Source of the DNA: an uncultured Bacilli bacterium
Lineage (GTDB): Bacteria > Bacillota_I > Bacilli_A > RF39 > UBA660
DNA length: 64,000 nt
Direction: 5' to 3'
Assembly (NCBI GenBank): GCA_934089275.1
Contig: CAKOJJ010000004.1
Coordinates: 6,196 to 70,195 of the forward strand
The translations under genes were made by a program, and so were the position numbers. Numbering within the stretch: position 1 is the first letter of the stretch; the number at the start of each line of letters is the position of its first letter. Below, piece by piece: positions 1 through 10,670 of this stretch. Below the pieces are notes generated by a model. That model ran no database searches and had not been told where the DNA came from. It was given only the letters and a program-made list of their open reading frames with translations.

Positions 1-31
1 GATAACTCAAGCTTTAAAAAATAAAAAAATA

Positions 32-334
32 ATGATTCAACACTTACAAATCATTGATTATATTGGTGATTTTGCTGGTGAATTTGACGTAATACGATTA
101 ACAACTATCGCTGGAATCCAAATATTAAAAGATGAAAATTATCATGAATATAAAAGATATAATGAACATCAAAGCAGCTTTTATAATAAACCTGTTTGGG
201 ACACAGAAGAAGGCAGCATATACGAATTAGCACATGAACTACGAAAAAATGGTCAACATTTTCACCAAGATGATATTGATCTAGAAAATTTAAGATATTT
301 AAACTTTCTTAGATTAGGATTAATAAAGAAATAA
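32..334 (+). CDS. hypothetical protein
   Basis: 100-aa ORF followed by a hairpin terminator. No recognisable motif. Confidence 0.35.
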   Translation: MIQHLQIIDYIGDFAGEFDVIRLTTIAGIQILKDENYHEYKRYNEHQSSFYNKPVWDTEEGSIYELAHELRKNGQHFHQDDIDLENLRYLNFLRLGLIKK

Positions 335-352
335 AAAAATTTTTATAAAAAT

Positions 353-389
353 AAAACTACTTTATATAAAATTAAAAAGTAGTTTTTTA
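353..389 (+). terminator. rho-independent terminator
   Basis: AAAACTACTTT / AAAGTAGTTTT 11-bp stem followed by a T-run. Confidence 0.5.
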
Positions 390-423
390 TATTATCTTGA
401 AAATTTCAAGCTTATTATCAAAT

Positions 424-776
424 TGGTGGAGCCGGGGAGATTTGAACTCCCGTCCAAATTACTTTCAAAGTAGCGTCTACAGGTTTAGTTAGAAATAAAA
501 TTTCATAAGTACAAAAGCATCTAACAAACTAATACTTACTATCTTATAAATTATTCGTTCACGTCATATAAGAACTAACGTAAATATAAACCACATATAT
601 GAACCAATATTTTAACTGTGGATGATTAAAATACCAGCCTCCTTGCTAAATTTTAAGCAAATACTGGAGAAAAATTAAAACCTTTGTCAGTTAATTTTAA
701 GTTTTGCTATTTAAAGTATAGCTACTACCTGCAACTAAATCAAAACCATAATCTGTCGAAACCAAATTACGGCCCC
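424..776 (-). ncRNA. ssrA: tmRNA (SsrA)
   Basis: Minus-strand 5' end GGGGCCGTAATTTGGTTTCGACAG and 3' end GGACGGGAGTTCAAATCTCCCCGGCTCCACCA (T-arm plus acceptor plus CCA). The acceptor stem has a G3:U70 pair. The internal reading frame ends ...GGT TTT AAT TTT TCT CCA GTA TTT GCT TAA. Confidence 0.9.
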
Positions 777-816
777 AAGTAACTAAATAATACCACATAA
801 TGTGGTATTATTCAAA

Positions 817-1104
817 TTATTTTCCTAAATTACTTAAGTCAATTACATACTCTCCATCTTTTGTATATAGATACTTTTCTCTTGCGTATTTAGCTACATA
901 TTCAGGATCTTGTAATTTCTTTACATCATCTTCCAAATTTGCTTCGTCAGTTAATAAGGAAGTATAAACAGATTCAAGTCTTTCTTTCTCTTTTTTATTA
1001 TTATAGATTTTTTGCCATGTGTTAAAACAAGATAAAGTCATCATTCCAACTAATAAAATAAATGCAATCGCATATAAACACAGTCTCATTTTATATTTAT
1101 TCAT
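817..1104 (-). CDS. divIC: septum formation initiator, DivIC/FtsB family
   Basis: N-terminal TM helix, coiled coil and the DPEYVAKYAREKYLYTKDGE motif. Sits in the yabP-yabQ-divIC synteny. Confidence 0.75.
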   Translation of the reverse strand: MNKYKMRLCLYAIAFILLVGMMTLSCFNTWQKIYNNKKEKERLESVYTSLLTDEANLEDDVKKLQDPEYVAKYAREKYLYTKDGEYVIDLSNLGK

Positions 1105-1145
1105 GACAATTCCTCCTATTAATTATAATATAGCAAATTATCATT

Positions 1146-1412
1146 TTAAGTATTATATTTTCTCTTCAAAAAAGCCTTCTTTACACGATTTTTTACAATA
1201 TATCCAGTGTAAGTACCAATAAAAATTGATAAGCATACATAAAAGTTAAATATAAAATAATTATATCTATAACAAAAATATACCAAAGTTATAATAAATA
1301 TTATTGATAAGACAAATTTTAATATTTTATTTCTATTAATGAATAATTGATAGATTAGAGAAGCTATAATAGAAATACCTATTATTAATAACAAATAAAT
1401 TAATTGATTCAT
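1146..1412 (-). CDS. yabQ: small membrane protein, YabQ-like (spore cortex biosynthesis)
   Basis: 88-aa polytopic membrane ORF lying between yabP and divIC, as in B. subtilis. Confidence 0.5.
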   Translation of the reverse strand: MNQLIYLLLIIGISIIASLIYQLFINRNKILKFVLSIIFIITLVYFCYRYNYFIFNFYVCLSIFIGTYTGYIVKNRVKKAFLKRKYNT

Positions 1413-1681
1413 TTAAATAGCTTAGTAATAATAGAATCTCCTACTTTTTTATCTTCAGCATATACAAAAGAATCTATTGTACCTTTAATTGAAACATTAC
1501 CATCTATGGTATCCAACTTTATCATTTCAAGATTACTCCCTTTGATAAAAATATTTCCCATATTGCTTTCAAGCAAAAATTGTTTATCATCAAAGCTCAC
1601 AATTTTCTTTATACCACTTATAATTATATTTTTTCTTTCTACAATTTTTACTACATGATTAAGACTATTATTATTTTCCAT
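1409..1681 (-). CDS. yabP: sporulation protein YabP
   Basis: Repeated beta-strand pattern (IKGSNLEMIKLDTIDGNVSIKGTI) typical of YabP. Start moved to the ATG at 1681, which is preceded by AGGAGG. Confidence 0.75.
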   Translation of the reverse strand: MENNNSLNHVVKIVERKNIIISGIKKIVSFDDKQFLLESNMGNIFIKGSNLEMIKLDTIDGNVSIKGTIDSFVYAEDKKVGDSIITKLFK

Positions 1682-1739
1682 TATTATCCTCCTAGTAAAA
1701 TATATTTTTATTCCAAAAAAAAATTCACAAAATTGTGAA

Positions 1740-2018
1740 TTAATTTTCTGATTCAACTCTTTTAAGTTCTTCTTCGTACTCTTTTAAGATAGCATCAGTA
1801 AACATTTGTCTTGCTTCTTGATTAATTGGATGAGCTATATCTCTATATTCTCCAACTCCAGTTTGTTTACTTGGCATAGCTAAGAAAAGACCATTATCTC
1901 CTTCAAGAATTCTAATATCATGTACTACAAATTGATTATCTATAGTAACAGATGCAAATCCTCTCATTTTAGAATTTTCTTTTTCAACTACACGTACACG
2001 TACATTTGTAATTTCCAT
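1740..2018 (-). CDS. spoVG: septation protein SpoVG
   Basis: MEITNVRVR...[20 protein letters not shown]...FLAMPS is the canonical SpoVG sequence. Confidence 0.9.
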   Translation of the reverse strand: MEITNVRVRVVEKENSKMRGFASVTIDNQFVVHDIRILEGDNGLFLAMPSKQTGVGEYRDIAHPINQEARQMFTDAILKEYEEELKRVESEN

Positions 2019-2079
2019 CCTGTTTCACCTCTCTATTATAATTCAATTTTAATACATAAATTGAAAAAAAGCAACAATT

Positions 2080-2844
2080 TTATCTAGGATAACCTACATA
2101 CATCATTCCATTACCAACAAGACCACCAATTCCATTTTTTCCATATTTTGTTTTATTCAATAGTTCTTTTATATCTAATCTTTTATTTTTATCAGTTAAA
2201 GCAATATTAACCGCGATAATTGCCGGATCTAATGCATGAATATTTACTCTTTTTGGACTGCTAGCAAAATTAGCTCCACTTTTAATTATGTCTTCATAAT
2301 CACTTTGACATGCCCCTGCAATTATTACAAGCTTTTCATGACTCTTTTCATACTCACGAGCTTTTAAAACTGATTTCATAAAATACTTAGAATTTTTATA
2401 TTTTGATAAATCACTTGTATTAGCAAGTTTTCCATAAAATGCATCATGTCCAGTTATTACTAAAATATCCGGTTTTATTTCATTTAAAAGATTATCAATT
2501 TTTTGAGGAACTTCGGATTCAGGAATTCTTTTACCAACTGCTAGTACTCCAGCAGATTTATAAAATGCTAAAGATTTATCAAGATAATCTTGATCACCAT
2601 CTATATGTAAAATTTTACCAGGAAGATAAAAGTATTCATCCCTGTCACCAGTTAATCTATCTACTTCTGGCATTTGTTCTTCTCTATGTTCAGTTTTCAC
2701 CAAATCTTCTAATGGAGAATCAGCATAAAGTCTAACATCCATACCTTTAAGATAAGCAACATTTCCTTCAATTTTCATTACTTTAAACACAACATCATTG
2801 TTGTGGCTTGTTCTTGTAACTGCATCACCTATTTGGATTTCCAT
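2080..2844 (-). CDS. yabG: sporulation-specific peptidase YabG
   Basis: ILHIDGD...VITGHDA...IIAGACQS motifs, and a position directly after rsmA as in B. subtilis. The ATG at 2844 is preferred over the GTG at 2853. Confidence 0.7.
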   Translation of the reverse strand: MEIQIGDAVTRTSHNNDVVFKVMKIEGNVAYLKGMDVRLYADSPLEDLVKTEHREEQMPEVDRLTGDRDEYFYLPGKILHIDGDQDYLDKSLAFYKSAGVLAVGKRIPESEVPQKIDNLLNEIKPDILVITGHDAFYGKLANTSDLSKYKNSKYFMKSVLKAREYEKSHEKLVIIAGACQSDYEDIIKSGANFASSPKRVNIHALDPAIIAVNIALTDKNKRLDIKELLNKTKYGKNGIGGLVGNGMMYVGYPR

Positions 2845-2899
2845 AAAAATCACCCAATATAGTATATGTGAAAATGCCTATTTAGTTAAAAAAAACTTG

Positions 2900-3679
2900 C
2901 TATAAAGTATTAGCAAGCTCAACAAATATTTCATACGACAATTCTTCAGATCTTGAAGAAAGAGAGTAACCATACTTAGTTAATACACCTTCAACCCTGT
3001 TTAAATCATAAGCTTTTAAGTTATTTCTAATATTCTTTCTTTTATATTGAAAAGAATCTTTAACAAGTTTATTAAATTTTTCAAATTCAACAGGTAGTAT
3101 ATTATCTTTTTTAACAAGTTTTATAACACTTGAGTCGACATTCGGAATTGGATAAAATTTAGTTCTAGAAACATCAAATAATTTCTTAATATCAAAATAA
3201 TAATTTAAAAGTACACTTATTGATCCATATTCTTTTGTTCCTGGCTTAGCAGAAAATCTTTCGGCCACCTCTTTTTGCACCATAAACACCATTTCTTTAA
3301 CATCTACTCTTGATTCAATAATCGATAAAATTATTGGTGTTGTTATATAATAAGGCAGATTTCCTATAATATATAGATTTCTATAATTGATTTTACTTAT
3401 ATCTTTTTGAATATCTCTTTTTAGAAAATCATCAAATATAATTTGAGTCTTATCATTTTTAATTTGATTTAAAGTGTTTTCTAAATCTTTATCTACTTCA
3501 TAACATATTAAATTCGAATTATATTTAACCAAATTTTTGGTAAGAGCTCCACTTCCCGGACCAATTTCTATAATTAAATCGTCTTCTGTCGGATTAATAG
3601 AAGATGTAATATTATTAATAATAGAGTTATCATTTAAAAAATTTTGACCGAATTTCTTCTTAAACACGTGTTTTTCCAT
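2900..3679 (-). CDS. rsmA: 16S rRNA (adenine1518/1519-N6)-dimethyltransferase RsmA/KsgA
   Basis: KKKFGQNFL start, EIGPGSGALT SAM motif and NLPYYITTPI motif. Confidence 0.9.
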   Translation of the reverse strand: MEKHVFKKKFGQNFLNDNSIINNITSSINPTEDDLIIEIGPGSGALTKNLVKYNSNLICYEVDKDLENTLNQIKNDKTQIIFDDFLKRDIQKDISKINYRNLYIIGNLPYYITTPIILSIIESRVDVKEMVFMVQKEVAERFSAKPGTKEYGSISVLLNYYFDIKKLFDVSRTKFYPIPNVDSSVIKLVKKDNILPVEFEKFNKLVKDSFQYKRKNIRNNLKAYDLNRVEGVLTKYGYSLSSRSEELSYEIFVELANTL

Positions 3680-3724
3680 AAAATCACCATATCACAAGTT
3701 TATCACAAAAAGAAAGGAAAGTAA

Positions 3725-4267
3725 TTATCTTTCCCATCCATTTCTTAAAACACCATAACTTATTTTATGTCTACCAATATTTTTAGCAGCATAATCTTCA
3801 GATTCAACAAGTAAATCTAAATCTGTTCCTAGAACACCACGATCAAGCACTATTGCTACAACTTTTTCGCCAGAAACATAATCAGCATCAAATGTTACAA
3901 TTGAACCACATTTTAAATTTTTACTTGATGCAACAATTCTAACATTACCATAATCGGCATCATTATATATAGTTGTTCCATCTGATACATCTTGTCCAGT
4001 ACATCCAAGTTTTCCACTACAAAGTGGACAATTAGCTCCATATCCTGTCAAATCTCCAGTAAATGTATCAAGAGGATAATATTTATCTTTCAATTGAATT
4101 TCATTTAGTTTATATGCCATTGCTGTTAAATCAATCGTTTTATTTAAATTTTCATTTGTTATTTTATCATTTAAATTAACCATGTTCACTTTTTGTATTA
4201 CAAACACTGAACAAATAATCAATATGATTTTAGTTGCTTTAATAAATTTGTTACTATCCTTAATCAT
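3725..4267 (-). CDS. 3D (MltA-like) domain protein, YabE/YuiC-like
   Basis: N-terminal TM helix and a C-terminal 3D-domain pattern (VAIVLDRG...DLDLL). Synteny with yabE. Confidence 0.6.
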   Translation of the reverse strand: MIKDSNKFIKATKIILIICSVFVIQKVNMVNLNDKITNENLNKTIDLTAMAYKLNEIQLKDKYYPLDTFTGDLTGYGANCPLCSGKLGCTGQDVSDGTTIYNDADYGNVRIVASSKNLKCGSIVTFDADYVSGEKVVAIVLDRGVLGTDLDLLVESEDYAAKNIGRHKISYGVLRNGWER

Positions 4268-4335
4268 ATAACCACCTTATATACTCATTTTAGCAAAAAT
4301 CAATATATAAGTAAACACTTTACACAAATTTTATA

Positions 4336-5094
4336 TTACTTTTTTATTCTATAAAGTTCTTGTACGTTCTTTTCAGTTATAGAAGATACTTCTTTTATGC
4401 TTATTCCTTTTAGATTAGCCAAATATTCAGCAATAGTTTTTATATATTTTGGTTCATTAGAATATTTTCTAAAAGGTTCTGGTGTTAAATAAGGTGAATC
4501 AGTCTCTAAAACAATTCTATCCAAAGGAATATTCTTTATAACTTGATCAATTTTAGAATTTTTAAAAGTCATAACTCCACCTACACCAAAATAGAAACCT
4601 AATTTAATAAATATATTAGCGGTTTCAAGACTACCGCTAAAGCAATGAATTACTCCGCGAACTTTAAACTTTTTGATAGAATTAATTGTATCTAATGTTG
4701 CTTCTCTAGAATGAACAACTACTGGTAAATTATACTTTTCAGCCAAAGCAAGTTGAAATTCAAAAACTTCGATCTGTTTATCACGATTATCTTTTGTATA
4801 ATAGTAATCAAGACCTATTTCCCCTATTGCTACCAACTTTTTATTATTGATATTGTCTTGAATAATTTTTTCGATTTTTTTATAATCATCGTCCATATCT
4901 TCAGGATGTATTCCAATACAGGCATATATATTTTCATATTCTTCAGAAGTTTTTAACACCTCCGGAATATTTTTTAGACTTGTAGCTGCATTTAAAATTG
5001 TATCCACATTATTATTTTTTGCAGATTCTATAACTTTATTAAAATCCTCAAAATATTCATTAAAAATATGTGCATGAGTATCTGTAAAATGCAT
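4336..5094 (-). CDS. tatD: TatD-family metal-dependent DNase/hydrolase
   Basis: DTHAH start, GEIGLDY, HSR and ETDSPYL motifs. Confidence 0.85.
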   Translation of the reverse strand: MHFTDTHAHIFNEYFEDFNKVIESAKNNNVDTILNAATSLKNIPEVLKTSEEYENIYACIGIHPEDMDDDYKKIEKIIQDNINNKKLVAIGEIGLDYYYTKDNRDKQIEVFEFQLALAEKYNLPVVVHSREATLDTINSIKKFKVRGVIHCFSGSLETANIFIKLGFYFGVGGVMTFKNSKIDQVIKNIPLDRIVLETDSPYLTPEPFRKYSNEPKYIKTIAEYLANLKGISIKEVSSITEKNVQELYRIKK

Positions 5095-5123
5095 AAAATG
5101 ACCTCCAATAAATAAGAAAGTGA

Positions 5124-6665
5124 TTACTCACTTTCCTTTTCTATTCTTGCAAATAATATTTCTGGTTTATTTAAGATAGTACCAGACTTAAATTGACCGA
5201 ATTCTTTAGTTGATTCATAAGAAGTTAGATCAGTATTAATTTGATTAAATATTTTTTCTGTTGTTTCAGGTATAAATGCTTGAAGATAAACAGTACAAAT
5301 TCTTATTGATTCAATTAAATTATATAACACTGTTTTTAATCTATCTTGTTTTGTTTCATCCTTTGCTAAAACCCAAGGTGTTGTATCATCAATATATTTA
5401 TTTGTTGCTCTTAGACAATTAAGTACTTCATCAATAGCGTCAGCTATTCTTAAATCATCCATTTTTTTCTTAAACAAATTAGGTAAAGCTTCAATTTTTT
5501 CTATCAAAGTAGCATCAACTTCTTCAGTAACATTTGTATTTTCAACTACACCGTCAAAGTATTTATGAGACATTGAAATAGTTCTATTAACAAGGTTTCC
5601 TAAAATATTAGCAAGATCACCATTTATTCTTTCAACAAGTAAATCTTCAGAGAAAACCCCATCACTTGCAAAAGGAATTTCATGTAAGAAGAAGTATCTT
5701 ATGGCATCTACTCCATATTTGTTAACTAGATCATCAGCATACACTAAATTACCTTTACTTTTACTCATCTTACCATCAGCCATTATTAACCAAGGATGAC
5801 CAAATACTTTTTCTGGAAGTGGTAAATCTAAACTCATTAGGAAACATGGCCAATAAATTGTATGAAATCTTACAATATCTTTTCCAATTAAATGTAAATT
5901 AGCTGGCCATAACTTCTTAAATTCATCTGTTTGATTATCAACATCATATCCAATGTTAGTAATATAATTAGTCAAAGCATCTAACCAAACATAAACAACA
6001 TGTTTTGGATCAAAATCTACCGGAATTCCCCAAGAGAAAGATGTACGAGAAACACATAAATCTTGAAGGCCAGGTTTAATAAAATTATTTAACATTTCGT
6101 TTTTTCTAGCATCAGGTTGAATAAAGTCTGGATGACTTTCAATATATTCAACTAATCTATCTTGATATTTAGATAATTTGAAAAAATAAGCTTCTTCACA
6201 TTTTTCTTGAACATCTCTGCCACAATCAGGGCATTTTCCATCAACTAATTGACTTTCAGTCCAAAAAGATTCGCAAGGTGTACAATACAATCCCTTATAT
6301 TCACCTTTATAGATATCACCTTTATCATACATTTTTTTAAATATATGTTGAACTACTTCTTCATGATGTTTATCAGTTGTTCTAACAAATTTATCATATG
6401 TTGTATTCATTAAATCCCAAATAGTTTTTATTTCTCCAGCAACTTTATCAACATATGCTTGTGGTTCAATTCCAGCTTCAGTTGATTTAATTTGAATTTT
6501 TTCTCCATGTTCATCAGTTCCAGTTTGGAAATAAACATCATAGCCTTCCAATCTTTTATTTCTAGCAATTGCATCAGCTAAAACAATTTCATAAGTATTT
6601 CCAATATGAGGTTTTGCAGATGTATAAGCAATAGCTGTACTGATATAATACTTTTCTTTTTCCAT
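5124..6665 (-). CDS. metG: methionine--tRNA ligase
   Basis: HIGN and KMSKS class-I motifs plus a CPxC...CPDC zinc knuckle. Start trimmed to the ATG at 6665 (MEKEKYYIST) downstream of the T-box terminator. Confidence 0.9.
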   Translation of the reverse strand: MEKEKYYISTAIAYTSAKPHIGNTYEIVLADAIARNKRLEGYDVYFQTGTDEHGEKIQIKSTEAGIEPQAYVDKVAGEIKTIWDLMNTTYDKFVRTTDKHHEEVVQHIFKKMYDKGDIYKGEYKGLYCTPCESFWTESQLVDGKCPDCGRDVQEKCEEAYFFKLSKYQDRLVEYIESHPDFIQPDARKNEMLNNFIKPGLQDLCVSRTSFSWGIPVDFDPKHVVYVWLDALTNYITNIGYDVDNQTDEFKKLWPANLHLIGKDIVRFHTIYWPCFLMSLDLPLPEKVFGHPWLIMADGKMSKSKGNLVYADDLVNKYGVDAIRYFFLHEIPFASDGVFSEDLLVERINGDLANILGNLVNRTISMSHKYFDGVVENTNVTEEVDATLIEKIEALPNLFKKKMDDLRIADAIDEVLNCLRATNKYIDDTTPWVLAKDETKQDRLKTVLYNLIESIRICTVYLQAFIPETTEKIFNQINTDLTSYESTKEFGQFKSGTILNKPEILFARIEKESE

Positions 6666-6884
6666 ATAAATTTTCCTTTCAATAAAAAAACATCCATAAC
6701 ATAGGAACGAACGTATCCGTGGTACCATCCTATTTTATGAATGTAATCATACACTTTTATCTTAACGCGACTTAAACGATTTAAACTCCAGACCCATTCG
6801 ATTATTTTACTAACTTATCTGCTCTCACCTAACCAGATTCTCTTATTAAAGTCTTCAAATAACTTCTTTCCTTCTTCGCTTAAC
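6666..6884 (-). promoter_or_regulatory. T-box leader (Met specifier) with promoter
   Basis: Minus strand has TTGAAT-17-TATATT (6919-6891). Stem I elements AGCGAAGA, AGAGA and GGTGAGA are present, with AGTA...CGAATGG (AUG specifier followed by a purine). The T-box core is GGATGGTACCACGG (plus-strand 6717-6730), followed by a U-run before the metG RBS. Confidence 0.75.
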
Positions 6885-6921
6885 GCCTTTAATATATCAC
6901 GTAAAAATAATTTATTCAAGT

Positions 6922-9900
6922 TTATTTTATCATATTTACAATTTCGTCAAGCAGTTTAACTTCATAATAAATGAAATGCTTATCTAAATTAATTTTTGGT
7001 AAACTTACATAAATTTTTTTCATTTTATAAGCAAGTCTAAATTTTGGATTTATGTTATATGCGATTAAAAATAGTTTATCTCCTTCAATTTTATTAGAGA
7101 CTTCCTCACTTAATTCTAATTCAATTAATGATTCTGTTTGTTTTACTCTTGTAATATTTAAAAGACGTGCAAGTTTTTCAAACCATTCTTCATACATATA
7201 TATTTCCATTTTTTCATCAACAACACCAAAACGATCTTCAATTTCCTCTTTAGCTTTCAATAAAGATTCTTCATCTTTAATTTCATTAATAATTTTATGG
7301 ATTTCAATTTTTATGTCTTCCTCTTTTACAAATGTATCATCTATATGATTTTCAACCTCAATAAGTGGATTAGCATCGTCTTCCTCTTCAACTACTTCAC
7401 CTTTTAAGCGTTTTATTTCATCATTAACCATTTGAGTATAAAGTTCAAGACCAACAGAGTCAACAAAGCCTGCTTGTTCACTTCCAAGTAAATCTCCTGC
7501 ACCTCTTATAGATAAATCTCGCATCGCGATTTTATAACCTGATCCAAGTTCAGTAAAATCTTTGATTGATTGAAGTCGTTTCTTTGCTGTTTCTGTTAAA
7601 ATTCTTGATGGTTTATACATTAAATAAGCATATGCAATTTTATCACTTCTTCCAACTCTTCCTCGAAGTTGGTATAGTTGAGAAAGTCCAAAATTATCTG
7701 CATCTATTATAATCAAAGTATTAACATTTGGTATATCAATACCAGTTTCTATGATAGTTGTACATAATAAAATATCATATTTATAATCAATATAATCACT
7801 TACCACTTTTTCAAGTTCATTCTTATCCATTTGACCATGAGCAATCGCAATTCTTGCTTCTGGTACTAATTTTTTTATCTTAGTAAGTTCATCTTCAATA
7901 CTTTGAACTTTATTGTAAAGAATAAACACTTGTCCATCTCTAGACATTTCTTTATAAATTGCATCTTTAATTAAAACATCATTTTCTTCCAAAACATAGG
8001 TTTGAACAGGATAACGATTTACTGGAGCTGTATCAATAATAGATAAATCTCGAAGACCACTCATTGCCATTTTTAAAGTTCTAGGTATTGGTGTGGCTGA
8101 TAAAGTAAGAACATTAACATTATTTTTTAACTCTTTTATTTTTTCTTTATGAGTTACACCAAATCTTTGTTCTTCATCAATAACAAGAAGCCCAAGATTT
8201 TTATAATCAATTTTATCATTAAGAAGTTTGTGTGTACCAAAAACAATATCAATATTTCCCTCTTTTAAACCTTTGATAATACGATTAGTTTCTTTAACAG
8301 ATACAAACCTATTAAGTAAAGCTATATTAATTGGATAATTTTTAAATCTTTCTAAAGCATTTTTGTATTGTTGTCTTGAAAGCAAAGTTGTTGGACAAAG
8401 ATAAGCTACTTGATGTCCATTCATAACTGTTTTGAACATTCCTCTAAACGCAACCTCAGTTTTACCAAATCCTACATCACCACATAAAAGTCTATCCATT
8501 GGAACTTTGGAAGAAAGATCATGTTTTAATTCCTTAATACATTTTTCTTGATCACTTGTTGCCGTATATTGAAAATAAGAATCAAATACCTCTTCTTCAG
8601 GATAAGTCTTATAAGCATCTCCAACTATATTATTTCTTGCTGCATATAATTTTATTAATTCTCCTGATATATCTTTTATCTTAGCTTTTACTTTCATCTT
8701 TGTTTTAGCCCAGTTTGTAGAATTCAATGAGTTTATTTTAGGCTTAACTCCATCAGCATCAGAAAATTTATATATTGAATTAATTTTTTCAACAGGAATA
8801 TATACTTTATCATTACCTGCATAATTTATTAGTATATAATCTCTTTGCATTCCATTTTTAGTTAAAGCTTTTATTCCACCATATATTCCTATTCCATTAC
8901 TTTGATGCACTACATAATCTCCAACTTTTAAATCATCAAAACTTTTAATTTTTCTTCCCAATTTATAAGAATTTTTATAGGTATTCACAACTTTTACATC
9001 ATCAATATCATATTCACTTATTACTGAATAGTTGTTGATTATAAAGCCTTCATTAACTTTTTTCTTTACTATATTAATTTCTCCATTAATAATAGTCCCT
9101 ATATTTACATGTTCAAACAAAGATTCAATTGAATTAATTTGTCTATCATTACTTAAATATATAATTAAAGTATTTTTCTTATAAGTTGACAATACATAAT
9201 CCTTTAAAGAATCATAATTTCCTTTGAATTTTATCATTGGCTTTGAATTATAACTGATGCTATCAGCATAATTATTAACTGTTTCTACACGCATAAAATT
9301 ATCAACCATAATTTCATCGTATTTATACATAAAGGCCTCATCTGTATTCTTAGATTCATTATAATCTTTAATATCTTCAAGAATTTTATTATAGCCATTC
9401 AGTATTTGATTTTCATCAACAAAAAAAGTAAACGGTTTATTCATATATTCATATAAAGAATTATATTGTTCAGTAGAAACTTCTGAAAATGGCATAAGTT
9501 TAAAACTAGAAACTTCATTTATTGATAACTGAGTCTCTTCATTAAAGAATCTAATAGAATCAATTTCATCTCCAAAAAATTCCAATCTTATCGGATGATC
9601 ACTTTCTATTGGAAATATATCTATGATATATCCACGTACAGCATACTCTCCAGTAGATGTTACAAGTGAATCTCGTGTGTATCCTAGTTTGTCTAAAAAG
9701 GATAATAGTTCATCTCTTTCATAAGTTTTACCCTTTTCTAATAGAAGTTCAAAGTTAGTAGATTCCTTAATTGATGGTAAAAATCTCAAATATCCCATTA
9801 AATTAGTAACAACTATACTGGAATGTTCTTTTAAATACTCTAAAGTTTCAAGACGACGCACTTTTAAATCAGGTGATATTGCAAGAGCAACTGATGCTAA

Positions 9901-10113
9901 AAAATCATCCATTGGAAAAAGACAGACATCGTCTGTATACGTTTTCAAACCTTGATATATTTTATTTGCATCATATAAAGTATTAGTAACTATCAAAACA
10001 TTTTTATGATTTTTATTATAATAATTCAAATAATATTGAATAGTTAATTCTTCAGTCAATCCGCAAACATGATATCCATTTTTATATTTAAAAATGTCAC
10101 TCAAAAAATCCAT
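6922..10113 (-). CDS. mfd: transcription-repair coupling factor Mfd
   Basis: 1063 aa with UvrB-homology N-terminus, CarD/RID domain, and SF2 helicase motifs GDVGFGKTEVA, DEEQRFG and QLRGRVGR. Confidence 0.95.
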   Translation of the reverse strand: MDFLSDIFKYKNGYHVCGLTEELTIQYYLNYYNKNHKNVLIVTNTLYDANKIYQGLKTYTDDVCLFPMDDFLASVALAISPDLKVRRLETLEYLKEHSSIVVTNLMGYLRFLPSIKESTNFELLLEKGKTYERDELLSFLDKLGYTRDSLVTSTGEYAVRGYIIDIFPIESDHPIRLEFFGDEIDSIRFFNEETQLSINEVSSFKLMPFSEVSTEQYNSLYEYMNKPFTFFVDENQILNGYNKILEDIKDYNESKNTDEAFMYKYDEIMVDNFMRVETVNNYADSISYNSKPMIKFKGNYDSLKDYVLSTYKKNTLIIYLSNDRQINSIESLFEHVNIGTIINGEINIVKKKVNEGFIINNYSVISEYDIDDVKVVNTYKNSYKLGRKIKSFDDLKVGDYVVHQSNGIGIYGGIKALTKNGMQRDYILINYAGNDKVYIPVEKINSIYKFSDADGVKPKINSLNSTNWAKTKMKVKAKIKDISGELIKLYAARNNIVGDAYKTYPEEEVFDSYFQYTATSDQEKCIKELKHDLSSKVPMDRLLCGDVGFGKTEVAFRGMFKTVMNGHQVAYLCPTTLLSRQQYKNALERFKNYPINIALLNRFVSVKETNRIIKGLKEGNIDIVFGTHKLLNDKIDYKNLGLLVIDEEQRFGVTHKEKIKELKNNVNVLTLSATPIPRTLKMAMSGLRDLSIIDTAPVNRYPVQTYVLEENDVLIKDAIYKEMSRDGQVFILYNKVQSIEDELTKIKKLVPEARIAIAHGQMDKNELEKVVSDYIDYKYDILLCTTIIETGIDIPNVNTLIIIDADNFGLSQLYQLRGRVGRSDKIAYAYLMYKPSRILTETAKKRLQSIKDFTELGSGYKIAMRDLSIRGAGDLLGSEQAGFVDSVGLELYTQMVNDEIKRLKGEVVEEEDDANPLIEVENHIDDTFVKEEDIKIEIHKIINEIKDEESLLKAKEEIEDRFGVVDEKMEIYMYEEWFEKLARLLNITRVKQTESLIELELSEEVSNKIEGDKLFLIAYNINPKFRLAYKMKKIYVSLPKINLDKHFIYYEVKLLDEIVNMIK

Positions 10114-10121
10114 ATTATCTC

Positions 10122-10667
10122 CTAATTGTATTTACTCATCAATTCTTGAATACTCAATTTACTAAAATCTTCAATTATTTTATCAACAATAGAAAAACTA
10201 TTTGATAAAGTATTTAATTCTTCTTTTGAAAATTTTGATAAAACGTAATCTTTAGTATCCATATTTCTATTATGTGCAATTCCAACTTTTATTCTAGCAA
10301 AAGATGTAGAATTTAAATATTTAATAATATCTTTTATTCCATTATGTCCACCACTTGAAGAATTAATCTTGATTCTTATTTTGCCAAACTCTAAATCCAT
10401 ATCGTCTTGAATAATTAGTACATCACTTAAATCTAACTTATAAAAATTTACAAAATCGTAAATAACTTTACCCGATAAATTCATATAACTTAAAGGTTTA
10501 ATAAAAATATATTTTTCTCCACCAATATTAGTTTCATAATATTCCGCATTAAATTTTTTAGAATATTTGACATTTCCTAAATAATGATCAAGTGACATAA
10601 AACCAATATTATGGCGAGTATTTTCATATTCTTTTCCTGGATTACCTAAACCAACTACTAATTTCAT
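10122..10667 (-). CDS. pth: peptidyl-tRNA hydrolase
   Basis: MKLVVGLGNPG...TRHNIGF...GGHNG motifs. Confidence 0.9.
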   Translation of the reverse strand: MKLVVGLGNPGKEYENTRHNIGFMSLDHYLGNVKYSKKFNAEYYETNIGGEKYIFIKPLSYMNLSGKVIYDFVNFYKLDLSDVLIIQDDMDLEFGKIRIKINSSSGGHNGIKDIIKYLNSTSFARIKVGIAHNRNMDTKDYVLSKFSKEELNTLSNSFSIVDKIIEDFSKLSIQELMSKYN

Positions 10668-10670
10668 TTT

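Noticed and set aside
6666-6728. N-terminal extensions given by the track for metG (to 6728), tadA (to 16213), yabP (to 1756), gyrB (to 21714), recG (from 44486), rpoE (from 35987) and the RloC-like gene (from 59191)
   Set aside because: The extensions run through leader, terminator or promoter sequence and lack an RBS. The internal ATGs are preceded by GGAGG-type sites and restore canonical N-termini.
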